A stretch of DNA of 64,000 bases from an uncultured Bacteroidota bacterium (GTDB lineage: Bacteria > Bacteroidota > Ignavibacteria > Kryptoniales > JAKASW01): NCBI GenBank assembly GCA_963703365.1, contig OY969815.1, positions 2,814,910 through 2,878,909 on the forward strand, read 5' to 3'. The notes beneath the pieces were generated by a model. The model saw only the letters and a list, made by a program, of their open reading frames with translations. It ran no database searches and had not been told where the DNA came from. A program made the position numbers and the translations under genes. Below are positions 29,986 to 40,374 of this stretch, in pieces. The stretch's first letter is position 1. The number at the start of each line of letters is the position of its first letter.

Positions 29986-31812
29986 ATGAAGAAACCTTTC
30001 CGCGAAAGACTTAAAGACGGTGTTATCGTTTGCGACGGCGCGATGGGAACGCTTCTCGAGTTATACAAATATGACGAAATCCCGCCGGAAATACACAACA
30101 TAAAAAATCCTGACATCGTGGAACGCGCGCACCATGAATATATCCAGGCTGGCGCGGAAATCATCGAGACGAACACTTTTTCAGGCAATCGGATGCGTCT
30201 CGAAGCATACCATCTTGCCGACAGACTAAATGAAATAAACAGGTCTGCTGTCGAGATTGCGCGCCGCGCGGCGGGAGAAAATGTTTATGTCGCAGGCGCA
30301 GTCGGGCCCACCGGAAAACTCCTTGAACCTCTCGGCAAAACGAAGATCGTGGAGGTAAGAAAAGTTTTCAAAGAACAGATAGAGATTCTTGTAAAAGCTG
30401 GAGTTGATCTCCTAATATTTGAGACATTTTTAGATTTGAATGAGCTTGACGCCGCGATCGATGCCGCGAAAGAAATTTCTCCGGACATACCGATCATCGC
30501 TCAGAAAACCTTTTCCGAAGACGGTGCAATCTTAGCAACCGACTTCCCCGTCGAGGTTGTGAGGCATATTAAATCCAAGGGCGTCGATGTCGTCGGGTCT
30601 AATTGCACCGTAGGACCGCAGAGGATGTATGGTATCATCAAGTCGATTTATTCGGAAGATGTAATTTTATCGGCTCAGCCTGCGGCGGGAATTCCGACTC
30701 TTGTTGACGGCAGATCTATTTATCACGCGGCGCCGGAGTACCTTGCCACTTATGCAAAGCAGCTTGTCGAAGCCGGGGTGACTGTCATAGGAGCATGTTG
30801 CGGCTCAACACCTTCTCACATCAAGGCAATCGCGGAAGCTGTACGCGGTGTGAAGATCGAAAGAAAACCGGCTGCGGTAAAGAAAAAGCTAACTTCGGGA
30901 GAAGAATTATCAAAAGAAAAATTTCAGATCCGATCTGAATTCTCAAAAAAAATCGGGAAAAAATTTATTACCACGCTTGAACTCGATATTCCGCGCGGAC
31001 TCGATATTTCAAGCGTAATCGAAGGAGCGCGTTTTTGTAAGGAACACGGATTTGATGCAGTGCATATCACGGATGGCGCGCGAGCAAGAATCAGGATGAG
31101 TTCATTTGCAATTTCGCATATCATTCAGAGAGATGTCGGAATCGAAGCCATCACGCACGTTACGACACGCGACAGGAACATGATTGGTCTGCAAGCGGAA
31201 CTCTTAGGAGCACATGCGCTCGGCTTAAGAAATATTCTTGCAATCACCGGCGACCCGGCAAAGATTGGCGATCTGCCGCAGGCAAAGTCGGTATTTGACG
31301 TTGATTCGGCAGGGCTTGTGAAAATCGTAAAGAACATGAACTGCGGCCGTGACTCAGTTGGAAACACCATCGGCGAGCCGACATCGTTCCTGATTGCGTG
31401 CGCGGCGAATCCTTCCGCCGATAAATCCGATTATGAAATCGAAAGACTCGAGCGCAAGGTGGAATCGGGAGCCGAAGTGATTATAACGCAACCTGTTTAC
31501 GAGATCAACACTTTCGAAAAATTTATCAAAGCTGTAGAACATATGCATGTTCCGGTTGTTGTTGGAGTGCTTCCATTGAGGAGCTACAAACACGCCGAGT
31601 TTTTACATCATGAAATTCCAGGCATATTTATTCCAGAAGTTGTCCGAGAAAAAATGTTTCGTGCGGGTGAAAGTGCGGCACAAGTCGGAATAGAAATCTC
31701 TGCCCAGCTTCTCCATGAAATAAAATCTTCGGTCGCAGGTGCATATCTTTTACCGCCGTTCAAAAAATACGATATAGCGGTGAAAGTCCTCGAAAAAGCG
31801 GGAATTTCATAG
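29986..31812 (+). CDS. Bifunctional homocysteine S-methyltransferase / 5,10-methylenetetrahydrofolate reductase
   Basis: 608 aa. The N-terminal Hcy-binding domain (CDGAMGT...GACCGSTP) is fused to a MetF-like TIM barrel (ITDGARA..ITGDP..). Confidence 0.8.
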   Translation: MKKPFRERLKDGVIVCDGAMGTLLELYKYDEIPPEIHNIKNPDIVERAHHEYIQAGAEIIETNTFSGNRMRLEAYHLADRLNEINRSAVEIARRAAGENVYVAGAVGPTGKLLEPLGKTKIVEVRKVFKEQIEILVKAGVDLLIFETFLDLNELDAAIDAAKEISPDIPIIAQKTFSEDGAILATDFPVEVVRHIKSKGVDVVGSNCTVGPQRMYGIIKSIYSEDVILSAQPAAGIPTLVDGRSIYHAAPEYLATYAKQLVEAGVTVIGACCGSTPSHIKAIAEAVRGVKIERKPAAVKKKLTSGEELSKEKFQIRSEFSKKIGKKFITTLELDIPRGLDISSVIEGARFCKEHGFDAVHITDGARARIRMSSFAISHIIQRDVGIEAITHVTTRDRNMIGLQAELLGAHALGLRNILAITGDPAKIGDLPQAKSVFDVDSAGLVKIVKNMNCGRDSVGNTIGEPTSFLIACAANPSADKSDYEIERLERKVESGAEVIITQPVYEINTFEKFIKAVEHMHVPVVVGVLPLRSYKHAEFLHHEIPGIFIPEVVREKMFRAGESAAQVGIEISAQLLHEIKSSVAGAYLLPPFKKYDIAVKVLEKAGIS

Positions 31813-31863
31813 CATTAAACGGTCTGCCGGTGATTTCGTCAATAACTCATAAGGCAGTTTTTC

Positions 31864-31892
31864 TTGACTACCAGCGTTTGGTTTGTTAGATT
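31864..31892 (+). promoter_or_regulatory. Sigma70-like promoter for tRNA-Val (TTGACT-17 nt-TAGATT)
   Basis: The hexamers were read directly with a 17-nt spacer. The -10 element ends 12 nt before the mature tRNA 5' end. Confidence 0.45.
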
Positions 31893-31904
31893 ATTCGACG
31901 GCTT

Positions 31905-31979
31905 GGGCTCTTAGCTCAGCTGGTTCAGAGCGCTTGCTTCACACGCAAGAGGTCACTGGTTCGAGTCCAGTAGAGCCCA
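31905..31979 (+). tRNA. tRNA-Val (anticodon CAC)
   Basis: Hand-folded 75-nt cloverleaf: acceptor GGGCTCT/AGAGCCC, D arm GCTC/GAGC, anticodon stem CTTGC/GCAAG with loop TTCACAC, T arm ACTGG-TTCGAGT-CCAGT. CCA is not encoded. Confidence 0.9.
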
Positions 31980-32173
31980 CAGGAGCAAGGGTCATCCCGC
32001 TTTACGGGGATAGTGCCCACAGAAGAGGTTTTAAAGAAATTGGATTCTAAAAAGTTGTTTTTTAAATATTTCAACTCTATGGAAAATGATAACATGACAC
32101 AAACGGAGGGGATAGGGAGACTTTGATAGTGTTTATCGTGAATAAGTCTCACTAAAAAATTGGCGAGGAAAAA

Positions 32174-32461
32174 ATGGAAAAAATAAGTGGACTCCCCTCG
32201 GAGAAGAAGAGGGTACAAAAAAAGCAGATTGAGAACCCACTCAGCGACATTCTCAGTGACGATCTCTATGAAAAGTTAATGGAAAACAGCCTTTTGGATT
32301 ATAAAGCAGTAAGAGATTACCAGATAAAACGGCGGTTTAAAGATTTGCGTAACTACATGAGCGTTGGTGACGCAATAGAGAAAATCCAGGACGAATATCC
32401 CTACCTGCGGTTCGATACAATCCGAAAGATTGTCTATAACGCAAAGGCCGAAAAAGAATAA
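32174..32461 (+). CDS. Hypothetical 95-aa protein, possible small HTH (Mor/sigma-region-4-like) DNA-binding protein
   Basis: GAGGA lies 5 nt before the ATG. The C-terminal half (RDYQIKRRFKDLRNYMSVGDAIEKIQDEYPYLRFDTIRKIVY) resembles Mor-type HTH proteins. Recognition is weak. Confidence 0.35.
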   Translation: MEKISGLPSEKKRVQKKQIENPLSDILSDDLYEKLMENSLLDYKAVRDYQIKRRFKDLRNYMSVGDAIEKIQDEYPYLRFDTIRKIVYNAKAEKE

Positions 32462-32630
32462 ATTCCCGTCAACGGGCGGATTTCGCTTCAAAAATTAATT
32501 CTTTGTTAATTTAGGCGGCAATTCGGGGAATTTTCCATGCTCCAATTCAGTTTATAAGGTTGTAGGCATTCGGCCAGAGGCTGATGAGCCTGTGGCTCAA
32601 AAGAAAAATCTTGAAAGAAGGAGTATAGAA

Positions 32631-33254
32631 ATGAAGCGCTACGTTTCAAACAACGACGAATCTGCAAGGATGTTCGAGAGTGATATACTCGAAGTGTTTT
32701 CGCATGTTCATCCGCTGGTGCCGGCAATAATATATTTTCCTGTCGTCGCTTACATGCTTCAAAGAACCGTTGTCACAAACATAAATTTTATCTATGCGGT
32801 TTCTTTATTTATCTTCGGGCTGTTAGTCTGGAGTTTCACCGAATACATGCTTCACCGGTTCGTCTTTCACTTTATTCCGAAGAGCGGCTGGGGAAAACAA
32901 ATCCATTTTATGTTCCATGGTGTCCATCATGATTACCCGAACGACTCAACACGTCTTGTGATGCCTCCGGTTGTCAGCATTCCGCTTGCTATTTTTTTCT
33001 ATGTACTTTTCATGAATATTCTTGGTGCTCATTACTTGCCGCCGTTCTTTGCCGGATTCATTCTCGGTTACCTTGCATACGACTTAACGCATTACGCCGT
33101 TCATCATTTCGGTTTGCGCGGAAAGATCGGCTTATTTCTAAAGCACCAGCATATGCGGCATCATTATATGGACCCTGACAATAATTTCGGAGTTAGTTCA
33201 CCGCTGTGGGATTTTGTGTTCGGGACGTTCGCGAAGAAGAGTTCTAGTCTTTGA
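32631..33254 (+). CDS. Fatty acid hydroxylase / sterol desaturase superfamily membrane protein
   Basis: Histidine boxes HRFVFH, HGVHHDYPND and HMRHHY lie between TM helices. The start was moved to the ATG at 32631, after AAGGAG. Confidence 0.7.
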   Translation: MKRYVSNNDESARMFESDILEVFSHVHPLVPAIIYFPVVAYMLQRTVVTNINFIYAVSLFIFGLLVWSFTEYMLHRFVFHFIPKSGWGKQIHFMFHGVHHDYPNDSTRLVMPPVVSIPLAIFFYVLFMNILGAHYLPPFFAGFILGYLAYDLTHYAVHHFGLRGKIGLFLKHQHMRHHYMDPDNNFGVSSPLWDFVFGTFAKKSSSL

Positions 33255-33352
33255 GAGGCAAACTGTTGCCATTTCGAAATTATATTCAGTATAAGAAGTA
33301 GCGAGGAATAAGCGGCACCGGCTATGCGCTTCTATTTTCCTTTTGACATGCT

Positions 33353-34060
33353 TCAGATATATCCCGCATTCTTCATGCTCAAATATCCTGTTGAACCAAC
33401 GATCAAATGGTCGTGGACGGGAATGTCCAAGAAATTTCCGGAATAGACAAGGTCTTTTGTAATTTGTATGTCCTCTTTGCTCGGATCTAATTTTCCGCTC
33501 GGATGATTGTGTACCACGACAATGCTCGCCGCATCCTCGAGTATTGCGAACTTGAATACCGCCCGCGCATCGACTAGACTCGCACTAAGCGTTCCTTCCG
33601 TCATTGTTTTCACGCGTTTTACTTTGCCGGACGTGCTCAGCGCAATGACTCTGAATATTTCCCGTTTCTCGCCCGCGAAATCTCTCGCAATGAATTTATA
33701 GACCGCTTCCGGATTATTGAGAAGCGGCATGTCTTCTTTCGGAGTATTCTGCGTCCGTCTTCCTGCTTCGAATGCCGCGGCAAGCGTAACTGCTTTCACC
33801 GTGCCGATCCCGGCAGTGCCTGACAGCTCGAGCGCATCCCGCATCGACAGCACTTCGAGAGAATTGTCGAATGCCATTAAAAGGTCTCTCGCTACATCGA
33901 TGGCCGTTCTTGAATGCGACTTCGTTCTGGTCCCCGTTCTTAAAAGTATTGCAAGCAGCTCAACATCAGTTAGCTTTGTTGCACCATGGGACAGAAGTTT
34001 TTCGCGAGGCTTTTCACTATTGGGCCATTCGCGAAGCGTGTGTGGGTTTTTATTGGTCAT
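33353..34060 (-). CDS. radC: RadC-family JAB-domain protein (UPF0758)
   Basis: N-terminal HhH region (EKPREKLLSHGATKLTDVELLAILLRTG) and a JAMM motif (VVHNHPSG..PS.ED). The start was moved to the ATG at 34060. Confidence 0.8.
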   Translation of the reverse strand: MTNKNPHTLREWPNSEKPREKLLSHGATKLTDVELLAILLRTGTRTKSHSRTAIDVARDLLMAFDNSLEVLSMRDALELSGTAGIGTVKAVTLAAAFEAGRRTQNTPKEDMPLLNNPEAVYKFIARDFAGEKREIFRVIALSTSGKVKRVKTMTEGTLSASLVDARAVFKFAILEDAASIVVVHNHPSGKLDPSKEDIQITKDLVYSGNFLDIPVHDHLIVGSTGYLSMKNAGYI

Positions 34061-34188
34061 ACCAGCCCTTTTTTTCCTTTTTACCGCGAAGTCGCAAAGG
34101 AAATGAAGCGGCACACTAATAGAATGATATTAAAAACTCATTCGAGGTATCCGCGTTCTACTTTTTCCCTATGACAAATCGGCGTTTA

Positions 34189-36123
34189 TCAGTTGCTGTT
34201 GACTTCACCGAGATCGATTATTCTTTCTCTTTTAAATTGAAGAATATGTAGGTAATGATTTGAATTATCTCCATCAAAGAAAATTGTGGAGTGCATGCTT
34301 TTGAAAGTTCCCGCTTTTAACACGTTTGTAATGTCTGACCTGCTGCTATTTCCCGATTTAATTATGCCGAGTAGCACGTTTGCCAAATCGTAGCCGTATG
34401 ATATCGTCCGATCAAATTCCATATCAGAAATTTCCGAGAGCGAATCGCTAATGGCTAAATATTCCGGAGAATTTGTGTCGAAGAAGGCATCGCTGCAGAA
34501 TATCACGCCGTCAATATACAGATCGTTGTTGGAAAGCTGGTTCAAATCGTACCAGTCATCCGTTCCGAGAAGCTGTGTCTTCACGTTGTAATAAGCAAGC
34601 TGTGCCCCGATGATCCCGATATCTTTCGATGAAGTCAGCGGTACAAAGATTGCTTCAACGGAGCGAAGAGGATCGGACTCATCAAGAGAAGATTTGTTGA
34701 AGGTTGGAACGCCGAGCGAATCTGCGACCCTCTTTGGATAATTTCCGAACAAATCATAGGCGTTGATTATCCCGCGTGATTTCACGAGCGAGTCAACGTA
34801 AGCTGGAGCAACACCGTAACTTCTCAGTTTTCCTTGCTGTTGTCTGTTCAGTTTGCCGAAATCTACGAATGGTTCTCCGGATGCTGCGGCATTTTTCATA
34901 TCAACGGTTTGCTGGGACAAGTCGGTAGCGCCTGATTCAAAATATTGGGTGGAAATTGGAGTGATGCCAAATTCCTTCAGTCGCGCAGCAAAATATCCGG
35001 CGATAGTTTTGCCGTAAGTGTCAGATGGCGAGAAGATTGCGATTCGTTGGAGGTGCAGAACATTGACGGCATAATAGGCGATCGCACTTGCTCGCGTTTT
35101 GAAGTTCGGATTCGCTTGAAATATGTAGGAGTTTCCGGAAGTGATGCCGGCTTGTGTTGCGGTCGGGGTTATTGTCGGCAGATGTCCGGAATTTGCAATG
35201 TCGGCAATTCCTGTAACATCGCCGCTGAAGACCGGACCTATCACAGCTTTTACGCTGTCGTTCTTGACAAAACTTCGCATATCGGAATTGAGCTTTAAGA
35301 AATTTGCGTCGTAATTTTTTAAAACCAGGCCGACTTTTATCGCGGCAGTCGCGTTATAATCATCCAAAGCGAGCTGGATGCCGAGAAGAAGTTTATCTCC
35401 TACGCCGCTTCCGTATTCGAGCGGGAGGAGTGCACCTAACTTAATTGATGCTTGACTCAGGATTTTATCCTCGGCAATTCTGTTGATCCACTTTGTTGCC
35501 TCGCCGCTTCCCGCGCCCTGTTGTGGATAGCGCTGCAGAAATTCTTTAAGAACTTTATCCGCGTCCCCAATTCTATCTGAAAAATATGCACGACGTGCAA
35601 ATCCAATTGCAACTGTCACTGCAGACAATCGGCTTCGGCATTGCTCAAATAGACTTTCAGCATCATCAAAACTCAAATTCGCGTTCACTAAACTGCGAAG
35701 ACTTGCAACAGAACGATCCCTCACAGCTTGATCGGCCGCGGAGTCGATTGCTGTGACAAATTGAGATGCAGCGAGGTTGTATTTCCCGGTCTCGTAATAT
35801 ATCGCTCCGAGAATGTAAAACATTTCGAATCTGTGATCGTCGGCAGGGAAGCGGACAAGAAAAGTGTCCACGACGTCTATTGAAGTCGTATAATTGTGGA
35901 GACTGGAAAGGCATTTTGCGCCATAATAAAATGATTCCGCGGAGCGCTGGTTCAAAGAATCATTCATCACCGCCTGAAAATATTGATAGGCTGTGGAGTA
36001 GTCTCCCTGCCTGAAACTTTGCAGTCCTAAGGTGTAATTATTTTCGTCTGTTTGACTGAATGGGATTTGTGAAAATGCGTTGCTCGCAAGGAGAACGATA
36101 AAAAATCCGGTGGTGATTTTCAT
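34189..36123 (-). CDS. Periplasmic TPR plus type-1 periplasmic-binding-fold protein (LpoA / Leu-Ile-Val-binding-like)
   Basis: 644 aa with a signal peptide and N-terminal TPR-like helices, followed by a Peripla_BP_6-like region (IKLGALLPL..GIQLALDDYN..AVIGPVFSGDV). Confidence 0.5.
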   Translation of the reverse strand: MKITTGFFIVLLASNAFSQIPFSQTDENNYTLGLQSFRQGDYSTAYQYFQAVMNDSLNQRSAESFYYGAKCLSSLHNYTTSIDVVDTFLVRFPADDHRFEMFYILGAIYYETGKYNLAASQFVTAIDSAADQAVRDRSVASLRSLVNANLSFDDAESLFEQCRSRLSAVTVAIGFARRAYFSDRIGDADKVLKEFLQRYPQQGAGSGEATKWINRIAEDKILSQASIKLGALLPLEYGSGVGDKLLLGIQLALDDYNATAAIKVGLVLKNYDANFLKLNSDMRSFVKNDSVKAVIGPVFSGDVTGIADIANSGHLPTITPTATQAGITSGNSYIFQANPNFKTRASAIAYYAVNVLHLQRIAIFSPSDTYGKTIAGYFAARLKEFGITPISTQYFESGATDLSQQTVDMKNAAASGEPFVDFGKLNRQQQGKLRSYGVAPAYVDSLVKSRGIINAYDLFGNYPKRVADSLGVPTFNKSSLDESDPLRSVEAIFVPLTSSKDIGIIGAQLAYYNVKTQLLGTDDWYDLNQLSNNDLYIDGVIFCSDAFFDTNSPEYLAISDSLSEISDMEFDRTISYGYDLANVLLGIIKSGNSSRSDITNVLKAGTFKSMHSTIFFDGDNSNHYLHILQFKRERIIDLGEVNSN

Positions 36124-36125
36124 AG

Positions 36126-37034
36126 TCAGTGTTTGCTTTGTCCGTCTTTATTCCTATGATGTTTGGACAGACTAATTTTTGAGATGCGTTCTAAAGTTTC
36201 CGTGTCGTCTTCGATTATCGCGTTCGCGGCGGCAAGCTCGTCAAAGATGGTGCGTGCTTTTTCAATTTCTCCTATGGTGCTGTATAAATTTGCCAGCGTT
36301 TGCAAGACTCCTGCGCTTCTCGGATTTAGATTCAACGCTCGCTGCAAGTAGAATTCCGATTCGTCAGGCTTGCCGAGCTCAAGTAAAATTTTCCCACACA
36401 TGAGCCAGCCTGGGAAAAAATCCGGATCGGTATCAATGAGAAGCGTGAACTCTTCGAGTGCTGCATGCAAATCGCCGAGCAAATAAAATGCCGTTGCGAG
36501 ATCGAGTCGGGATTCAACCGACGATTCATTCAGAGCAACTTCTCGCTGTAAATATTTAATTGCATTCGGGAAATTCTTTTGCTTTAGATAAATTCTTCCT
36601 AGAATTCCGTTCGCATCAGGGTGCTTCGCATCTGTACGAAGAACTCGTTTGACTTCGGCGACGGCTTCCGCAAATTCATCCTGTTCAAGAAAAATAGTCG
36701 CGAGTGCAAGATGGACACTCGGATTGCGCGACGAGTTCAGCATTCTCAAAAGCGGCAATGCCCGTTCAAATTCTCCGAGATTGTAGTATAGACCACCGAG
36801 CGCGTAAGCCAGCTTATAGTCATCTCTAATTTTTGAGATCGCCTCAGTGAGAAGACTTTCAGCCGCCTCATATTTACTCAAGCCGATATAAATCTCGGCA
36901 AGTTTAAGGTACGCATCAGCGCATTTGGGATTTGTTGAAATTATTTTACGCAGGATTTGGATGGCATGAAGCGGTTTGTCGTCGCCCAAGAAATCGACAG
37001 CTTCGTCAAGAAGCACTTTTACCGAGTTTCCCAT
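36126..37034 (-). CDS. Tetratricopeptide repeat protein
   Basis: Repeated TPR consensus (A..YL.LA.IY...G....A) throughout. The start was moved to the ATG at 37034, because the longer ORF would overlap the guaA 3' end. Confidence 0.7.
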   Translation of the reverse strand: MGNSVKVLLDEAVDFLGDDKPLHAIQILRKIISTNPKCADAYLKLAEIYIGLSKYEAAESLLTEAISKIRDDYKLAYALGGLYYNLGEFERALPLLRMLNSSRNPSVHLALATIFLEQDEFAEAVAEVKRVLRTDAKHPDANGILGRIYLKQKNFPNAIKYLQREVALNESSVESRLDLATAFYLLGDLHAALEEFTLLIDTDPDFFPGWLMCGKILLELGKPDESEFYLQRALNLNPRSAGVLQTLANLYSTIGEIEKARTIFDELAAANAIIEDDTETLERISKISLSKHHRNKDGQSKH

Positions 37035-37083
37035 TTTATTAGCTCGTCCATTCGATAGATAATAATCGTTGGACGGCAAATTT

Positions 37084-38622
37084 TCACTCCCACTCGATCG
37101 TTGCGGGCGGTTTGCTGCTGATGTCATAGACTACTCGGTTGACCCCGCGCACTTCATTGATAATTCTTCCCGAGACGTTAGCGAGAAGTTCGTACGGCAC
37201 CTGCGCCCAATCTGCGGTCATTCCATCCTCGCTCGTAACGGCGCGCAACGCTATTGTATATTCGTAAGTTCTCTCATCGCCCATGACGCCGACAGATTGA
37301 ACCGGCAATAGAACAGCGAATGCCTGCCAAATTTCGGTGTAAATTCCATGCTTCTTAATTTCATCGATAAAGATATCGTCGGCTTGACGAAGAATTTCTA
37401 ACTTCTCAGCAGAAATATCTCCGAGAATTCTTACCGCAAGTCCGGGTCCAGGAAATGGATGACGCTCGATTATCTCATTGGAAATTCCAAGCTCTCGTCC
37501 GACTTGACGCACTTCATCTTTGAAGAGAAGTCTGAACGGCTCGATCAATTTTAGCTTCATCACTTCCGGCAAGCCGCCGACATTGTGGTGAGTTTTGATT
37601 TTCGCCGATGGACCTTTGTGAGACTGCGACTCGATCACGTCCGGATAAAGCGTTCCCTGTGCCAGGAACCGAACGCCTTTTATTTCATGTGCAGCGTTTT
37701 CGAAAACTTCTATGAAAGTGTTGCCGATAATTTTCCGTTTCTTTTCGGGATCAGTCACGTTGCGAAGTTTTTTGAGAAATCTGTCTGTAGCGTCAATATG
37801 GTGGAGATTCATTTTAAAGTTATTTTTGAAATACTCCACGACCTTCTTGCTTTCATCCTTGCGCATCAAGCCATTGTCGATGTGAACTGCGTGTAGCTTG
37901 TCGCCGATAGCACGCTGGATTAAAACCGCTGCAACTGCGGAATCGACACCACCACTTAAAGCACAAATGACTTTTTCGTTCCCGACTTTTTCTTTTATCT
38001 CACGGATTTTTTCCTCAATGAAATTTCCTGCTTTCCAGTCACCTGTGCACCCGCAAACTTTAAAAAGGAAATTTGAGAGTATGTCTTTGCCCTTGGGTGT
38101 ATGAACGACTTCAGGGTGAAATTGCACGCCGTAAATTTTCTTCGACTTCGAGCTGAATGCTGCAACAGGGGAATTGTCTGTGTGAGCGATCGGAGCAAAT
38201 CCGGGCGGCAGCTTCGTGACTTTATCGGCGTGGCTCATCCATACTTTGACCACATCGCCGATGCCTGCTAACAGGTCTTTCGAATCATCGACGATGAGAA
38301 GAGCCTTCCCGAATTCCTGATGCGCAGAGCGATCAACTTCGCCGCCCAGAAGGTGTGCCACGATCTGAAGTCCGTAGCAAATTCCGAGTATCGGGATTCC
38401 CGATTCGAGGATTCGTTTTTCGGGAAGAGGTGCATTCGTCTGATAGACGCTCGACGGTCCGCCGGAAAGAATTATTCCTTTCGGTGCAAGCTCGCGGACA
38501 TTTTCAAATGGGAAATCAAAATTCTCGACGAGGCTGAAAACATTTAGCTCGCGAACACGCCGTGCGATGAGCTGAGTGTATTGACCGCCGAAATCAAGGA
38601 TTAAAATCTTATCCATTCGCAA
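37084..38622 (-). CDS. guaA: GMP synthase (glutamine-hydrolysing)
   Basis: 512 aa. GATase-1 domain (GICYG, catalytic Cys), ATP-PPase SGGVDS motif, and a C-terminal ...KPPATIEWE. Confidence 0.95.
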   Translation of the reverse strand: MRMDKILILDFGGQYTQLIARRVRELNVFSLVENFDFPFENVRELAPKGIILSGGPSSVYQTNAPLPEKRILESGIPILGICYGLQIVAHLLGGEVDRSAHQEFGKALLIVDDSKDLLAGIGDVVKVWMSHADKVTKLPPGFAPIAHTDNSPVAAFSSKSKKIYGVQFHPEVVHTPKGKDILSNFLFKVCGCTGDWKAGNFIEEKIREIKEKVGNEKVICALSGGVDSAVAAVLIQRAIGDKLHAVHIDNGLMRKDESKKVVEYFKNNFKMNLHHIDATDRFLKKLRNVTDPEKKRKIIGNTFIEVFENAAHEIKGVRFLAQGTLYPDVIESQSHKGPSAKIKTHHNVGGLPEVMKLKLIEPFRLLFKDEVRQVGRELGISNEIIERHPFPGPGLAVRILGDISAEKLEILRQADDIFIDEIKKHGIYTEIWQAFAVLLPVQSVGVMGDERTYEYTIALRAVTSEDGMTADWAQVPYELLANVSGRIINEVRGVNRVVYDISSKPPATIEWE

Positions 38623-39952
38623 AAGTTTTTAGAAATTCGACAAACATTTCGAGATCATCTCGCGTTCGCTTTTCAGTGACGGTAACTAAAAGACCTTTCT
38701 CACCGGGAGTCAGACGTTCAATATCTATTCCGGCAAGAATTTTCTTTTGCAATCCTGCTTCAATAATTTTTCCGGCGGGAACTGGAGTTGAAACGAGAAA
38801 TTCGTTGAAAAACGGCTGACGATATTTTAAATTGAAACCGGGAATTTTCCCGATTTGCTCGGCGAGGTAATGGGCCTTTGCGCTCGACTGTTCGGCGACT
38901 TCACAAATGCCTTGCTTTCCCATGAGCGACATGTAAATCGTCGAGGCAAGCATCATCAAACCTTCGTTGGTGCAGATATTCGATGTCGCTTTCTCGCGTC
39001 TGATTTGCTGCTCGCGAGTCTGAAGAGTTAGAACAAATCCACGATTTCCTTCGGTGTCGACCGTTACGCCGGCTAATCTTCCTGGCAGCCGTCTGATCAG
39101 AGCCTCTTTAACTGCAAAAATTCCTAAGAATGGTCCACCGAAACTTTGTGGGATTCCAAGCGATTGACCTTCTCCGACAACCACATCCGCGCCATATTCT
39201 CCCGGCGGCACAAGAAGTCCGAGTGAAATCGGAGGCGCATCGACAACATATAGAGCTTTCTTCGAATGAGCAATTTCACCGAGAGCGAAAACATCGTTCA
39301 GTGTTCCGAGGAACGAAGGCTGCTGTACCATGACAGCTGCTACATTTTCGTCAACAGCTTTCTTTACCGTGTCAATGTCGGCAGTCCCATCTCGTGTGGG
39401 AACTTCAACTATCTCGAACCCTTGACCATGAACATAAGTTCTGACAACTTGCAGGTACAAAGGATGAATCGGATGTGCGGCAACAAATTTTTTCCTACCC
39501 GTATGCGCAACCGACATGAGAGCAGCCTCGGCGAGTCCACTTCCAGCATCGTAAAGCGACGCATTGGAAACATCCATTCCGGTGAGACGGCAAATCATAG
39601 TTTGGTATTCGTAGATTGCCTGAAGAGTTCCCTGGCTTACCTCAGCCTGATATGGAGTATATGCAGTGTAGAACTCGGAGCGGCTGAGAAGCGCACCAAC
39701 GGCGGATGGAATGAAATGGTCATACACACCCGCGCCGAGAAATGAGATAGCTTCCTGGGTGTTCACATTTTTATTCGCGAGAGCAGAAACATGCTTGAGA
39801 ACCTCAAGCTCGCTCATCGCCGGAGGAATTGTCAAATCCCTTTTTAGCCTGACCTCCTGCGGAATGTCTTTTATGAGTTCGTCAAAATCCTTGGCCCCGA
39901 TCGCATCAAGCATCTGGCGTCGATCATCATCCGTATTAGGATAATATGGCAT
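38609..39952 (-). CDS. gcvPA: Glycine dehydrogenase (aminomethyl-transferring) subunit 1
   Basis: 447 aa with typical split P-protein alpha subunit sequence ([23 protein letters not shown]). It is adjacent to gcvH. Confidence 0.9.
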   Translation of the reverse strand: MPYYPNTDDDRRQMLDAIGAKDFDELIKDIPQEVRLKRDLTIPPAMSELEVLKHVSALANKNVNTQEAISFLGAGVYDHFIPSAVGALLSRSEFYTAYTPYQAEVSQGTLQAIYEYQTMICRLTGMDVSNASLYDAGSGLAEAALMSVAHTGRKKFVAAHPIHPLYLQVVRTYVHGQGFEIVEVPTRDGTADIDTVKKAVDENVAAVMVQQPSFLGTLNDVFALGEIAHSKKALYVVDAPPISLGLLVPPGEYGADVVVGEGQSLGIPQSFGGPFLGIFAVKEALIRRLPGRLAGVTVDTEGNRGFVLTLQTREQQIRREKATSNICTNEGLMMLASTIYMSLMGKQGICEVAEQSSAKAHYLAEQIGKIPGFNLKYRQPFFNEFLVSTPVPAGKIIEAGLQKKILAGIDIERLTPGEKGLLVTVTEKRTRDDLEMFVEFLKTFANG

Positions 39953-39982
39953 TGGTAATGTTTTTAGTTGACGGTCTGCAAA

Positions 39983-40363
39983 TTAGTGTCCGACCAGTTC
40001 CTGATATTTCGCTGCATCGAGAAGATTATTCAGCTCGGATTTGTTTTCAATTTTGATTTTCACCATCCAACCGCCGGTATATGGCTCCTTGTTCACGATT
40101 TCGGGCGAGTCTTTCAAAGCGGCATTCAACTCGATGATTTCTCCGCTGATAGGAGCATAAATGTCGGAAACGGTTTTCACGGCTTCGATTGTTCCGAACT
40201 GCTTGCCTTGCTGGATTTTAGTGCCGACTGCCGGCAGTTCTACAAAAACCACATCGCCTAATTCGCCTTGAGCGTAATCGGTTATTCCGACGACGCCTGT
40301 ACCATCTTCGATGCGAATCCACTCGTGATCTTTCGTGTACTTCAAGTTTGATGGGAAATCCAT
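39983..40363 (-). CDS. gcvH: Glycine cleavage system H protein
   Basis: 126 aa with the lipoyl-lysine motif (GTIEAVKTVSDIYAP). Confidence 0.9.
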   Translation of the reverse strand: MDFPSNLKYTKDHEWIRIEDGTGVVGITDYAQGELGDVVFVELPAVGTKIQQGKQFGTIEAVKTVSDIYAPISGEIIELNAALKDSPEIVNKEPYTGGWMVKIKIENKSELNNLLDAAKYQELVGH

Positions 40364-40374
40364 TTTAATCTCCT

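Noticed and set aside
31925-32218. 97-aa minus-strand ORF overlapping tRNA-Val.
   Set aside because: It overlaps a confidently folded tRNA and has no RBS or recognisable similarity.
32573-32603. A CUGAUGAG string followed by a short GCC..GGC stem, resembling a hammerhead ribozyme core.
   Set aside because: The obligatory GAAA/CGAAAC element after stem II is absent (the sequence reads TCAAAAG). No stem I, stem III or GUH cleavage-site arrangement can be drawn.
36126-37127. N-terminal extensions of several computed ORFs: 36126..37127, 50007..51089, 53132..54607, 24675..27077, 33353..34114, 27083..27658 and 43199..43555.
   Set aside because: The extensions overlap neighbouring genes or add residues absent from the known family N-termini. 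Internal ATGs with SD sequences give canonical protein starts.
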